The notes: a model not told the origin generated them from the letters alone. Positions 9,458 through 19,300 are shown, counted from the stretch's first letter. The stretch is DNA of 64,000 bases from Candidatus Latescibacterota bacterium (GCA_965215195.1 CBDCDC010000002.1:864001-928000); one strand, 5' to 3'. Numbers and translations are program-made.

Positions 9458-10564
9458 TTAAATGGGTATGCGGCCCTGCTTTGCTGGATCGACCCACTGG
9501 GTTACTACCAGCGAGACCAGGGCCAAGAGCGCACCGCTGATAAAAATGACCTCGTAGCCAAAAAAGAGCCAAGCATATCCGCCGACTAGGGGCGCGGCCA
9601 CGGCCGCTACGTGGTTCATGGTCACCCCCATGGAGAGGGTGGGTTTGAGTTCGTCCGGGGGCGCGATCTTGTGCGCGTAGGTAGTAAGCGCGATCCCGCC
9701 GAAGAAGATGAGGTTGTCGAGGCAATAGAGCGCGTACAGGCTCGGCCGGTGCTCCACGATTGCATAGCCCAAAAAGACGAAGACCAGCACGCTATAGCTC
9801 AAGCTGAGCATTCGCCGCTCGCCAAAGCGATCGACCAAACGGCCCATCCACGCAGCCGTCAAGGTGATGAGCACTTGGTTGATCAGCACTAAGATCATGG
9901 TCGTCTCCACCGGCATCCCATGCACTTTCACGAGGGCGAAAATGGCGAAGGTTATAAACATCTGCTTGCGCAGGCCCTGGAGGAAATTCAGGGCGTAGTA
10001 GAGCAGGTAGCGCCGCTTGAGCACCAAGCGCTTCTCGCCTGCGGGCGCGTCCTTAGTATCAACCCAAAACAGGGCCAAGCCGCCCGCGGCCGTACACACG
10101 CCGGCTAGGACAAAGACGCCCTCATAGCGCAAAAACTCCAACCCTACCATGCACGCGCCAATCGCCGCTAGCCACGCCAAGCTGCTGATGCTGCGCAATT
10201 GCCCCAGCCAGCGGCCCTTGTCCGCGGTAGGGCCGTAGGCCAAGCCCATGCTCTGCTCGAGCGGGAGCCAGCAGTGAAAGCCCAAGCTCCACACCAGCGA
10301 GAACGAGGCCAACATGAAGACCGAGGCCACCTCCGCGTACGCAGCCAGCCCAATGCCCATCACCACCAGCGAGACTGCGGCGATCTTCGGCGGAGCAAAG
10401 CGGACGATCAGCGCTAAAAAAAATGCGTTGAGAAAACCAGGGACTTCGCGCAGGGCCTCAACGTAGCCCAATTCGTGCGGCTCAATGCCCAGCCGCTCGA
10501 CGATGAAGTTGTTGAACAGGGTTAGCTGTACCCCGAAGAACACCCCCGTCCCGGCCACGGCCAC
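9458..10564 (-). CDS. MFS transporter
   Basis: Many hydrophobic helices and the GRLVDRFGER motif A. Start uncertain. Confidence 0.88.
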   Translation of the reverse strand: MAVAGTGVFFGVQLTLFNNFIVERLGIEPHELGYVEALREVPGFLNAFFLALIVRFAPPKIAAVSLVVMGIGLAAYAEVASVFMLASFSLVWSLGFHCWLPLEQSMGLAYGPTADKGRWLGQLRSISSLAWLAAIGACMVGLEFLRYEGVFVLAGVCTAAGGLALFWVDTKDAPAGEKRLVLKRRYLLYYALNFLQGLRKQMFITFAIFALVKVHGMPVETTMILVLINQVLITLTAAWMGRLVDRFGERRMLSLSYSVLVFVFLGYAIVEHRPSLYALYCLDNLIFFGGIALTTYAHKIAPPDELKPTLSMGVTMNHVAAVAAPLVGGYAWLFFGYEVIFISGALLALVSLVVTQWVDPAKQGRIPI

Positions 10565-10743
10565 GGCTAAGAGCGCGAAGTTTTTATTCCACTCGGCAAA
10601 AGGATTGGCGATGACGGCCCCCTTATTGATGTAGTGAATTCAAGTGTGCTTTCCCCTTCCGGTCAACCGGACGCTCAGCCACTTGACGCGCCGATGGACA
10701 GCCATTAAGCTACCGGCCCCAACTAACGCAAAGGAGTGTTGCG

Positions 10744-11487
10744 ATGGCCGACGAACGCGTCTTTATTGGCGACCTGACCCGCAGAGAATTCCGCGAGCGC
10801 ATCCAAGCCGGCACGATCAAAGCCGCCATCGTGCCCACGGCCGCCACCGAACAGCACAACGAACACCTGCACATGATCCACGACACCTTCCACGCCAGCT
10901 ATATGGCCGAGCACGCGGCCAAAAAGCTCCTGCCCCAAGTGGTGGTAGCCACGCCGGTGGGCATCGGCGTTTCCGAGCACTGGATGGAGCACGTCGGCAC
11001 CCTGACCGTGCGGCCGGAAATTTTCTGCGAATACGTCTTCGACGTCTGCCATTCGCTCGTGCGCGCCGGCCTTGCGAACATCTTGGTGCTCAACGGCCAC
11101 GGCGGCAACGTCAAACCCATGATGCGCCGCATTGACGAATACCGGGAAAAACTCGGCGTCAATCTCCGCTTCCAGTCCTATTGGGACGTATATGACCCCG
11201 ACTACGTGCAGCAACACATGGAGCGGGGACGCCTGCCTGGGCACGCCGACGAATTCGAGACCTCGACCATGCTCTACCTAGCGCCAGAGCGCGTACAGAC
11301 CGAGGCCATCGACAACCCGGCCGCGGCCTTGGGCACACGCGCCAAGGGCGAGGCCCTAGTGGGGCCGGCCGTGGACGGGGTCGCCGCCCTGTTGGAGCAA
11401 ATGATCGCCGGCGAGGAGATCGACCTGCCGCCGGTGACCTTCTACCGAGAGGGCAAGCGCAACCTCGTCACCGGCGAGCCGGTTTGA
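10744..11487 (+). CDS. Creatininase family protein
   Basis: EQHNEHL..HD, GVSEHW, GTLTV, NGHGGN, GHADEFETS. Confidence 0.92.
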   Translation: MADERVFIGDLTRREFRERIQAGTIKAAIVPTAATEQHNEHLHMIHDTFHASYMAEHAAKKLLPQVVVATPVGIGVSEHWMEHVGTLTVRPEIFCEYVFDVCHSLVRAGLANILVLNGHGGNVKPMMRRIDEYREKLGVNLRFQSYWDVYDPDYVQQHMERGRLPGHADEFETSTMLYLAPERVQTEAIDNPAAALGTRAKGEALVGPAVDGVAALLEQMIAGEEIDLPPVTFYREGKRNLVTGEPV

Positions 11488-12502
11488 GCACGACTCCGAG
11501 GGCTTCGGCCGGCGACTCCACGAGCACATCTACGGCCGCGGCGATTTCCTCGAGCGCAAACTCGTGGGTATAGAGCGGTTGGACGCGCAGTTTCCCGGCC
11601 GCCATGGCGCGCAGGCACTCGGACAGGTTGCGCTGAGTCGGCCACTCCACGAAGACCTCGGGATACGCTTGGCCGCGCTCGTACGCTGGGTCGTGGTAGC
11701 CGGGGCCAGTGCGCGCCGCACTCCGCACATCCACGTTGCCCAGCGCGGCCCCAAAGCCGTGCGCTACCTGCGCTCCTCCCACGAGGACAATGCGCCCCAT
11801 GCGGTGCGTATCCGGCGCTTGCTTTAGGCTCTGATAGATGGCGGCAAACGCATCGCTGGCCGCGCCGCCAAAAGCAATGACGCCGAAATCCATGCCATAT
11901 CCTCGGGTGAACTCCCCGGCCTGCTCAACCTGCTCAACCACGCGCTCTATGCCCACCTGCCGGGCGATGTCCCGACGGCGCGCAAAGCGATCGACCCCCA
12001 AGACGTGGCAGCCGCTTAGCTGGGCGAATTGGGCCGTGAACTGGCCGACCAAGCCCAACCCGACGACGACCCCGTTTTCCCCGTACAAAGGGGCTGTGCG
12101 GCGCACCGCGTGTAATCCGGTCGCCGCCAGATGCACCGACGCGGCCTCGGCAAAGCTAACGCCTGTGGGTATGGCCGCGCACAAGTTCTGCGGCACGCAG
12201 GCCCAATCGGCGTGCAGGGCGTACCCGCCTCCCATGCAGGCCACGCCCTGCCCCACCGCGAATTGCTCTACCTCGGCCCCGACCGCCTCGACGATGCCGG
12301 CGTTGGCGTAGCCAAAGGGGCGCGGTGGCCTGTCGGGTTGGGGGTTTTCCCGCATGGCCCCTACCCGCCCCAACTCGCTCCCCGGGCTGATCAACGAAGC
12401 CTCCACCCGCACCTGTACCTCGCCGGGGCCGAGGGCGGGCATGGCTTCCTCTAGGCATACCCCCTGACCACTGCCGTCAATAGCGGCAACTTTCCGCTGC
12501 AT
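11468..12502 (-). CDS. Zinc-binding/medium-chain alcohol dehydrogenase family protein
   Basis: SLISPGSE, GYANAG, GLGLVGQ Rossmann motif. AGGAGG upstream of ATG 12502. Confidence 0.85.
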   Translation of the reverse strand: MQRKVAAIDGSGQGVCLEEAMPALGPGEVQVRVEASLISPGSELGRVGAMRENPQPDRPPRPFGYANAGIVEAVGAEVEQFAVGQGVACMGGGYALHADWACVPQNLCAAIPTGVSFAEAASVHLAATGLHAVRRTAPLYGENGVVVGLGLVGQFTAQFAQLSGCHVLGVDRFARRRDIARQVGIERVVEQVEQAGEFTRGYGMDFGVIAFGGAASDAFAAIYQSLKQAPDTHRMGRIVLVGGAQVAHGFGAALGNVDVRSAARTGPGYHDPAYERGQAYPEVFVEWPTQRNLSECLRAMAAGKLRVQPLYTHEFALEEIAAAVDVLVESPAEALGVVLKPARR

Positions 12503-12582
12503 AAGCACCTCCTTTTCGTGCTGGTTGCGCCTCGGTAGGCTGCTGTATTACTTATATATGTACTTATATTTATTCATTCTTT

Positions 12583-13377
12583 GTGTCTATCGCGCCATTC
12601 GAGGTCTTTGTGAACGTCATCATCGCTGCAATTTTAGGGGGCATCCTCTTGGTTTGGGGCGGGTTTTTGGGCCTGCTCCGCATCGCGGACCCCTTCGAGC
12701 GCAAGCACGTGCTGATCCTCGCCGCGTACACCACCCTCGTCGTCGGCTGTGTCATGGGCTTGGTGCTCTTTATCAATCACGAGCGGCAAAAGGAGCACCG
12801 CTCCGAGCTAGAGGCGCAAATGGACGAGTTCTCCAATCGCCTCTCCGAGCTGAGCACCCGGCTCATTGGCCAGCTAGAGGAAAAAGCCAATCTGACCGCC
12901 TCTGAATTCGAGATTCGCTCCCTCCTGCAAAGCGAAAAGGATCACCACACGCGCACCCGCAACCAACTAGCGACCCAAATCGATCACAACAACGCCCTGC
13001 AAAACAAAATGGACGCCGAGCGCAAGGCACGGCTGCGCTATCAATCCGACACCGACCGCAAGCTCGAAGAACGCTTCGAGCAGGAGGACTTGCGCTACCA
13101 AAGCCTCGCCGATACCCACGAGCGCTCCTTGGCGAGCGTACAGGCGCAGTTCGCTCCCCTGCTCAACAAGTTGGCCCGCCTGCAAGAGCAAACCAATACC
13201 TTGCAGCGCAATCAGCAGGCGATTATAGACAGGCTCGCCGCCGCCCGCGAGACCCAAACGCTCTCGGCCCAAAAACTCAACGCGCTCGCCCGCAGCCTAA
13301 GCACCCTGTCCAACGACTTGAACCAAACCATGGCCCAAGTCGATAGTCTATACCGCAAAACGTCCCCACCGCCTTAA
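12583..13377 (+). CDS. Hypothetical membrane protein: two N-terminal TM helices plus long coiled coil
   Basis: Two hydrophobic segments followed by about 190 aa of heptad-like E/Q/L/R-rich sequence. Confidence 0.75.
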   Translation: MSIAPFEVFVNVIIAAILGGILLVWGGFLGLLRIADPFERKHVLILAAYTTLVVGCVMGLVLFINHERQKEHRSELEAQMDEFSNRLSELSTRLIGQLEEKANLTASEFEIRSLLQSEKDHHTRTRNQLATQIDHNNALQNKMDAERKARLRYQSDTDRKLEERFEQEDLRYQSLADTHERSLASVQAQFAPLLNKLARLQEQTNTLQRNQQAIIDRLAAARETQTLSAQKLNALARSLSTLSNDLNQTMAQVDSLYRKTSPPP

Positions 13378-13387
13378 GGAGCCGCCA

Positions 13388-14212
13388 ATGAAACGCACCT
13401 TCATCCCTTTCATCGCCTTGTTTCTTGTCTCCTGCACCGATAAGGAGCAGGAGATGCTCCTCCTCCAATTGCAAAGCGACATAGGCCGAGCCAACGCCGC
13501 CATTGACTCGCTGACGTACTCGCTCGACGACTCCAACCGCTTGCTCGACGACATGCGAGCGCAAGTTGACAGCACCCAACAGGTCAACGACACGCTCCTC
13601 GAAAACGTGCAGAAGCTCAACAAGGAACTGCGGCACTGGAGTAAACTGGCCACCGAATACAAGCAGAGCAATGCGCGCTTAAAGCGCGAAGTTGAGCAGC
13701 TAAGAAAGGAAAAGCAAGCGGACCGCTACACCATTTCCCAGCTACGCGCCGAGGCCGACCGCCTCAATGGCGAGCTGCTCGAAACTCATAGCAGCATCCG
13801 CCGCCAGAGCGATCACATCCGCCGCTTAGAGCAGGAGTTGGCCCAGACCAAGGCCGAACTGGACGAGAAAAAGAAACAAGTCGCCGCGCAAAACGCAGTG
13901 TACCTCTACGCTGCCAATGAGACCCAGCTCATAGAGCAGGGCTATCTCAAAACTCGCCGCCCCTTTGGCAGCGGGTTCCGCAAGCAGTACGAGTTGATTA
14001 AAAAAATTCGCCGCGACAGCCCGGGTGCCCAAGTCGCGCCCATCGGCCAAACCATCGCGCTAACAGGCGAAGTCGAGGCTCTCGTCGATCACTACGGCAA
14101 GCTCAGGAAGGGGGATGACTACGAAATGAAGCGCGGCGAAGCCGGAGTGCAGGTCACGTTCCTCAACGAGTTGGCCGGTGGCACGGGCGTCTTGGCAATC
14201 CTCAAGGAATAG
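13388..14212 (+). CDS. Coiled-coil lipoprotein with C-terminal globular domain (resembles Cbp1-family adhesins)
   Basis: AAGGAG RBS; signal peptide ending LVSC (lipobox); long coiled coil; NAVYLYAANETQLIEQGYL recalls the Cbp1-like C-terminal domain (recalled resemblance, not searched). Confidence 0.7.
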   Translation: MKRTFIPFIALFLVSCTDKEQEMLLLQLQSDIGRANAAIDSLTYSLDDSNRLLDDMRAQVDSTQQVNDTLLENVQKLNKELRHWSKLATEYKQSNARLKREVEQLRKEKQADRYTISQLRAEADRLNGELLETHSSIRRQSDHIRRLEQELAQTKAELDEKKKQVAAQNAVYLYAANETQLIEQGYLKTRRPFGSGFRKQYELIKKIRRDSPGAQVAPIGQTIALTGEVEALVDHYGKLRKGDDYEMKRGEAGVQVTFLNELAGGTGVLAILKE

Positions 14213-14220
14213 CTTAGCCC

Positions 14221-14640
14221 TCACCAAGTGTGGACATAGACGGCCGAGCGCACCTTCTCCCCGGCTTGGTCGGTCGACAGCAGGGAGTCGGCAAACGACG
14301 CGTGTTTGGCCAGCCGCTCGCGGCTGCCCCCTTTGAGAAATAAGTGCAAGTTGGCTTCGGGTTCGGCCGCGAGGCGGCGCACCATCCGGCGGAACTCCCA
14401 CTCGCTCAAGGGGCTGTCGATGGTGTAGCCATCGCGCGACAGCCCCACGCTCGCGCTCGTGTACAGCACGACCCGATCCCCAGGCTGTGGGTCGTGGCGA
14501 TGCACCCGCCAGACGGGTTGCGTCGCGTTGAGAATCATAATGCCCAAGCTCAACATCAGCATCATAATGCCCAAGAAGAGTTCCTTGCTGATATCGTGCT
14601 CTTCGAGCTCGGCGGCTTGGCGCTTGAGATAGCGGCTCAC
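14221..14640 (-). CDS. ExbD/TolR-like single-TM protein (divergent)
   Basis: Short N-terminus, one TM helix, small soluble domain. GTGA overlap with the upstream ExbB-like gene. Confidence 0.55.
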   Translation of the reverse strand: MSRYLKRQAAELEEHDISKELFLGIMMLMLSLGIMILNATQPVWRVHRHDPQPGDRVVLYTSASVGLSRDGYTIDSPLSEWEFRRMVRRLAAEPEANLHLFLKGGSRERLAKHASFADSLLSTDQAGEKVRSAVYVHTW

Positions 14641-15413
14641 AATTTTCTATTCCTCTCTCGGACCCAAGCGTCCTCCTGCCGGGCGAGCCGCTGCACCAAA
14701 TAGTCGGCAGCCTTGCGCAGCGGCAAGTAGGCCAACAGGCCGACGAGCGTGGTCTTAAAGGCCAACACCAAGCCCTCGGCCATGGCGCTGAGCGCCTTAA
14801 AGGTCTGGGTGGCCTCGTCGATCTGACTCAATTCCTCGGCGGTCAGCAGGATGCCGCAGACCGTGCCCAAGTAGCCGTACAGGGGAATCCTCGCCAAGTC
14901 GCGGCGCACATGCGTCAAAGGATCGCCGAGAAAGCCCACGAGTTCATCTACCAGCTCCTCGTCCCGGCTCTTGCGGTCGCTGTAGTTGGCGGGTTGGTGC
15001 TGCAATTCCGCTAGCTGTTCCATTCTCCTCCGGCCCAAGGTGTTGGGGCCAGGACCTCCTCGCCTCTCCCAAGCCCGTTCCTCGCGCCGAAGGTGCAAAC
15101 TAATGTGTGCCAAGCTCAACAGATGGCCGCCAGCCGACCAAGTGATCAGCACGTATGAGAAGCGGCCAATCCACGCAAAGGCACTGGCTGGCTGCGGGTT
15201 GATGAAGAAGTAATAAGCGGCTAGCGCCCCGACGATCAACCCGGTCAGCACACCTATACTGCTGGCGAGGTACTGCAGGCGGGGCAAGTTCAGATAGTAT
15301 GCTGCGTCGTACCGGCGCATGCGCCGGGCTCGCCGCAAGTGCAAACAGCTAACGCTGACACCGCCAGCCAGCACCAACAGGATGCTGCTGCCTAGTATTA
15401 ACTCGTCGTTCAA
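14637..15413 (-). CDS. MotA/TolQ/ExbB proton channel family protein
   Basis: IPLYGYLGTVCGI...GLVLAFKTTLVGL matches the family TM-hairpin signature; three extra N-terminal hydrophobic segments. Start TTG 15413. Confidence 0.85.
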   Translation of the reverse strand: MNDELILGSSILLVLAGGVSVSCLHLRRARRMRRYDAAYYLNLPRLQYLASSIGVLTGLIVGALAAYYFFINPQPASAFAWIGRFSYVLITWSAGGHLLSLAHISLHLRREERAWERRGGPGPNTLGRRRMEQLAELQHQPANYSDRKSRDEELVDELVGFLGDPLTHVRRDLARIPLYGYLGTVCGILLTAEELSQIDEATQTFKALSAMAEGLVLAFKTTLVGLLAYLPLRKAADYLVQRLARQEDAWVRERNRKL

Positions 15414-15418
15414 GAGGT

Positions 15419-16612
15419 CTATCCCTTCGCCCTGAAGAGCTTCCACCACTGCCGACTTACCGCACCCAAATAGAGCAGCAGGCCGGTCGCAATCCCCCAC
15501 AGTTCCCACGGCGCACTGCGGCCGACGCGGACGCTGCGGGCGGACAATTCCCGTCCACCCGCTCCCGTAGCGCGGCCCTCGCCTTTGGCTGAGCCGCGTG
15601 CAGCCGGGGGCGCGTAATCTCGGCGGCGATCTGCTTCCCCACGCCCTGTGCCGGCCAAAGCGCGCTGCGGCACGACGTGGCTCGTGCCTTTGAGCGCTTG
15701 CTTTTTAGGAAAGATCAGCGCCCGTTCCGGAGCGGGCAGGGCCTCGGTCCAAGCGAGCAGTTTTTTCGCCGCGTCTATGCTTTCGACTTCGGCCAATTTG
15801 CCCGCTTTCCCGAGGGAAAAGGCCAGCCGCCCGCGGACAAACCCCTGATAGAGCACGTCCTGCGCCGGGGTGCGGCGCGCTTGGAGCTTTTGCGCCAATT
15901 CATCGCGTTGCTTTTGCAGATGCACCAGACGGCTGACGACCATGTGAGTCTCCATGGGTTGGTGCTTTGCTACGCCGGCCGCGCCGGCGAGCGGCCGCCG
16001 CCGCCCAGCACGAGCCAATTGCGCGGCGTCAAAGCGGGCCTCCAATTCGACCTCGCCAAACAGCGTCGTCCCCCAGATGACTTCGGCTCCGGGAATGTCG
16101 GGCAAGCTGTGGTTGTAAAAACGCGGCTCGGCCGGTTGGCCGGCCACCCTCCAGCGGCCATCGCCGGTCGCCAGCACCTTGCGCAAGCGGCCGCGGCCGT
16201 CTTGTAGGTACAAACCAGCCATAAAGCCGCTCTCGACCCGGTCCGTGTCCCAGCAATGGGCGCGCAGGACATTGGACTTGCGCAGGTACACGACGGGAAT
16301 TTCGACTTTAGTCGGGGTCAAGCGCGTCTCCCCGATCGGGTGCCCATTGAGGTACAGCTCGGCTTCGTCGTCGGCCCAGAAAATCAGCACTAGTTTGGAA
16401 TTGGCCGGCAATAGCCGGCTGTTTCCCTTGCGCTTTGCCACTTCGCGCAGCTTGTCCCCCCCATAGAGGCGGACTAAAGTGTCGATGCTGGCGGACACTT
16501 GGTTGTACTGTTGCCTGAGTGCCACCACGTCGTCGGCTGCGGCAGCCGTGCCCCAACCGACCCCGCACACCGCCCAAGCCAACCAACGCATCCATCGCGC
16601 AGAGCCGCTCAT
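15419..16612 (-). CDS. Hypothetical exported protein with predicted beta-rich domain and C-terminal membrane anchor
   Basis: Signal peptide (AAA-DD); WADDEAELYLNG segment; C-terminal WELWGIATGLLLYLGAV helix followed by a basic tail. Confidence 0.7.
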   Translation of the reverse strand: MSGSARWMRWLAWAVCGVGWGTAAAADDVVALRQQYNQVSASIDTLVRLYGGDKLREVAKRKGNSRLLPANSKLVLIFWADDEAELYLNGHPIGETRLTPTKVEIPVVYLRKSNVLRAHCWDTDRVESGFMAGLYLQDGRGRLRKVLATGDGRWRVAGQPAEPRFYNHSLPDIPGAEVIWGTTLFGEVELEARFDAAQLARAGRRRPLAGAAGVAKHQPMETHMVVSRLVHLQKQRDELAQKLQARRTPAQDVLYQGFVRGRLAFSLGKAGKLAEVESIDAAKKLLAWTEALPAPERALIFPKKQALKGTSHVVPQRALAGTGRGEADRRRDYAPPAARGSAKGEGRATGAGGRELSARSVRVGRSAPWELWGIATGLLLYLGAVSRQWWKLFRAKG

Positions 16613-17379
16613 ATATTGGACTTGGATTGCCCCCCATCAACGTTGATGCAGGCCCCGGTCACCCATTGCGCCCGGTCGGACGCCAAAAAGGCCACTACAT
16701 CGGCGACCTCCTCCGGGGTGCCAAAGCGGCCAAAGGGTATATTGGCGTCGATAAAGGCCTGGATTTGCGCTGGATTTTCCTTCATTCGCCGCTCCCAACT
16801 TCCCCCGGGAAAGAGAATGGAGCCTGGGGCCACGGTATTGACGCGGATGTTCTTTTTGGCCGCTTCAATGGCCAAGTTGGCCCCCATGCTGATCATCGCC
16901 GCCTTGGCAGCATTATAGGCAATAGGCCCGCCGGTTTCGCGGCCAAAAATCGAGGCGATATGGACGATGCTGCCGCCGCCCCCCGCTTCCATCACCGGAA
17001 TGGCCGCACGGCTCACCCGCACGGCCGAAAGAAAGCTCCAGTTGACGATAGCATTCCACTCCTCGTCGTCGATCTCGACAAAGGGCGTCCACTTGGAGCC
17101 GCCGACATTGTTTACGAGAATGTCCAGCCCGCCAAAGCGGTTTTTCGCGGCCTCCACCACGGCGATCGCGCCCTCCGGCGTGGTCACATCTTGCGCGGTG
17201 GCCTCCACCGCTGCGCCTCCACTTGCTAATTCAGCGGCCGCTTCCGCCAGCGCATCGGCACCGCGGGCGCAGATGCAGAGCCGAGCACCTTCGGCGGCCA
17301 AGGCCGCGGCAATGCGCTTGCCAATGCCGCGGCTAGCCCCAGTAACCAAGGCGACTTTGTCTTTGAGTCCTAGATCCAA
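16609..17379 (-). CDS. Short-chain dehydrogenase/reductase
   Basis: TGASRGIG, NNVG, YNAAK catalytic motif, VDGG. Confidence 0.95.
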   Translation of the reverse strand: MDLGLKDKVALVTGASRGIGKRIAAALAAEGARLCICARGADALAEAAAELASGGAAVEATAQDVTTPEGAIAVVEAAKNRFGGLDILVNNVGGSKWTPFVEIDDEEWNAIVNWSFLSAVRVSRAAIPVMEAGGGGSIVHIASIFGRETGGPIAYNAAKAAMISMGANLAIEAAKKNIRVNTVAPGSILFPGGSWERRMKENPAQIQAFIDANIPFGRFGTPEEVADVVAFLASDRAQWVTGACINVDGGQSKSNI

Positions 17380-17380
17380 A

Positions 17381-18367
17381 CTACACTCCTTTTTCAATGC
17401 CCGGCGCCAGCGCACCGGGGTTGGTCGCGAAAAGCGCGATCAAGTAAGCAATGCACAACGCCAACAACACCAAGCCCTTCCAGCGGTTTAATTCGCAGCC
17501 GATCCGCATGAGCCCGAGCATCGCCAGCACGATCGCCAGCATCCACGGGAACATGAAATTGACCACCTCGGCCGGAACCACCAGCGGATTGGCCAAGGCC
17601 GAAGCACCGGCGATCCAGCAGATATTGAGGATGTCGGCCCCGAGGATGTTGCCCACCGCCAAAGCCCCTTGGCCCTTGCGGGCGGCGGCAATGCAGGTGG
17701 CGATCTCGGGGATTGAAGTGCCCAAGGCCACGACCACCAAGCCGATGACCACGTCCGGCAGCCCCAAGGCCATCGCCACCACCGGAGTCGCCTCGACGAT
17801 AAAGTGGCTGCTGACGACCACGCCGGCCAAGCCGCCGACGAATAGCAACGCTACCATCGAGAGGCTGCGCGGGGGATCCTCCCCCTCGTCGATCACGGCA
17901 CGCGGTCGCCGCTTCTGCTCCCAGAACGAGTACATTAGGTATAAGACAAAAAGCCCCACTAACGCACCGCCTTCTACCCGGGCCAGCGTCCCGTCGGAGG
18001 CCATGTACCAAGCCACTAGATCTACGGTAATGAGAAAAATCGCGGCCGAGCGCAGCACGACGCGGTCAATGGCAATGGCCGCAGTGGCAAAAAGCGCGGC
18101 CATGGGCAGGGCCAAGCCATCGTCGTAAATGACCGACCCCACAGCATTGCCCAGCGCCACTTCGGGCGAGTCCCCGAGGGCCGCGGTCACCGAGACCGCC
18201 AGCTCGGGCGCGGTGGTGCCAATGCCGACGATGACGATGCCGACCAATATCGGCGGAGCGCGGAGGTAGCGCGCAATATCAATGGCTCCCTCCACCAGAT
18301 AGTCGGCGCATTTGGCCAACAGCGCGAAGGATAAGAGCATCAGGCCCGCGGCCTCCCAAACCCCCAT
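17381..18367 (-). CDS. Calcium/sodium antiporter (YrbG-like)
   Basis: Two alpha repeats: GTTAPE...GNAVGS and GTSIPE...GNILGA. Confidence 0.93.
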   Translation of the reverse strand: MGVWEAAGLMLLSFALLAKCADYLVEGAIDIARYLRAPPILVGIVIVGIGTTAPELAVSVTAALGDSPEVALGNAVGSVIYDDGLALPMAALFATAAIAIDRVVLRSAAIFLITVDLVAWYMASDGTLARVEGGALVGLFVLYLMYSFWEQKRRPRAVIDEGEDPPRSLSMVALLFVGGLAGVVVSSHFIVEATPVVAMALGLPDVVIGLVVVALGTSIPEIATCIAAARKGQGALAVGNILGADILNICWIAGASALANPLVVPAEVVNFMFPWMLAIVLAMLGLMRIGCELNRWKGLVLLALCIAYLIALFATNPGALAPGIEKGV

Positions 18368-18371
18368 GGCT

Positions 18372-19244
18372 TTAGCTCTTGTCTAAGTAGGAAGACAAGA
18401 GGCGCTCGGCGTTTTGGTAGGCGATCTTGTCAAAGGCTTTCGCAGGTAGCTCAAGGGTGCGCAGAAAATCCATTAGCTTGGAGTCAAAGTAGTCCCGACC
18501 AAAGAGCAATTTGTCCTGAAATTCGAGGAGAAAATCGCGCCCGAAGCGCCGATCCCTTTGCAGCGCGCGCAACCCCGAGCCGGCCGACAGATCGGCATAT
18601 AGGTTGCGGTACTGGCGCATCATCGGGGCCAAGCGCCCATTCGGCAGGACCGGGCCGCTCGGGTAGCTCTCCTTGGCGTAGCGATCATCCCCGGAAATAT
18701 GGGCCCAGAACCCGGGGGCATGGCCGATAAAAACCGTCTGCGGACAGGCTGCAACCGCGCGTTCAAGCGCGTCGAGGCTGCCGCCGTACCACCAGTTGGG
18801 GCGCGGGTAAGCGCCGCGGCCGTGGTCGATTGGATAGTCGAGATGGATCGTAATGGGCAAGCGCATTGCGCCGCAAGCCTCGTACAGGCGCAGCGCGTCT
18901 GGATCGTCAAACGGCAGGCGCACCTTCAACTCGGAGGCGACCTGTACGCCGTGAATTTCGACCGCGGCCTTGAGCCGATCTATGGCATCGGGCCGCTTGG
19001 GATGCGGCATGTAGCCGAGGACAAAGCGCTCGGGCGCTTCCCGGCCGACGGCCAGCACATCTTCTAGGGGGATGCCAAGGCCCGTAGGGGGCAATACCGA
19101 GTGATACGAAGGCGAGTATTCATCTGCAGGGACCTCCCACGAGAAAAGCCACATCTGGTCGATGCCCTGCTCGTCCATGTTGCGCAGAATTTTGGCGGCG
19201 TTAAACCCGTGCCAATTGGGGTGATTATGCGCGTCAATGAGCAT
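18372..19244 (-). CDS. Amidohydrolase family protein (Amidohydro_2)
   Basis: IDAHNH, ELK, FIGH, YADLSA, LLFGRD, NAERLL. Confidence 0.9.
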   Translation of the reverse strand: MLIDAHNHPNWHGFNAAKILRNMDEQGIDQMWLFSWEVPADEYSPSYHSVLPPTGLGIPLEDVLAVGREAPERFVLGYMPHPKRPDAIDRLKAAVEIHGVQVASELKVRLPFDDPDALRLYEACGAMRLPITIHLDYPIDHGRGAYPRPNWWYGGSLDALERAVAACPQTVFIGHAPGFWAHISGDDRYAKESYPSGPVLPNGRLAPMMRQYRNLYADLSAGSGLRALQRDRRFGRDFLLEFQDKLLFGRDYFDSKLMDFLRTLELPAKAFDKIAYQNAERLLSSYLDKS

Positions 19245-19300
19245 TTGTTAATGATATTCTCGCAGGTGAAAACTGTCAAGATAAAGCGCGGTTTACCTAT

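Noticed and set aside
14221-15413. Zorya ZorAB or flagellar MotAB
   Set aside because: No long ZorA tail, no OmpA-like peptidoglycan-binding domain in the small subunit, and no zorC/D/E or flagellar genes.
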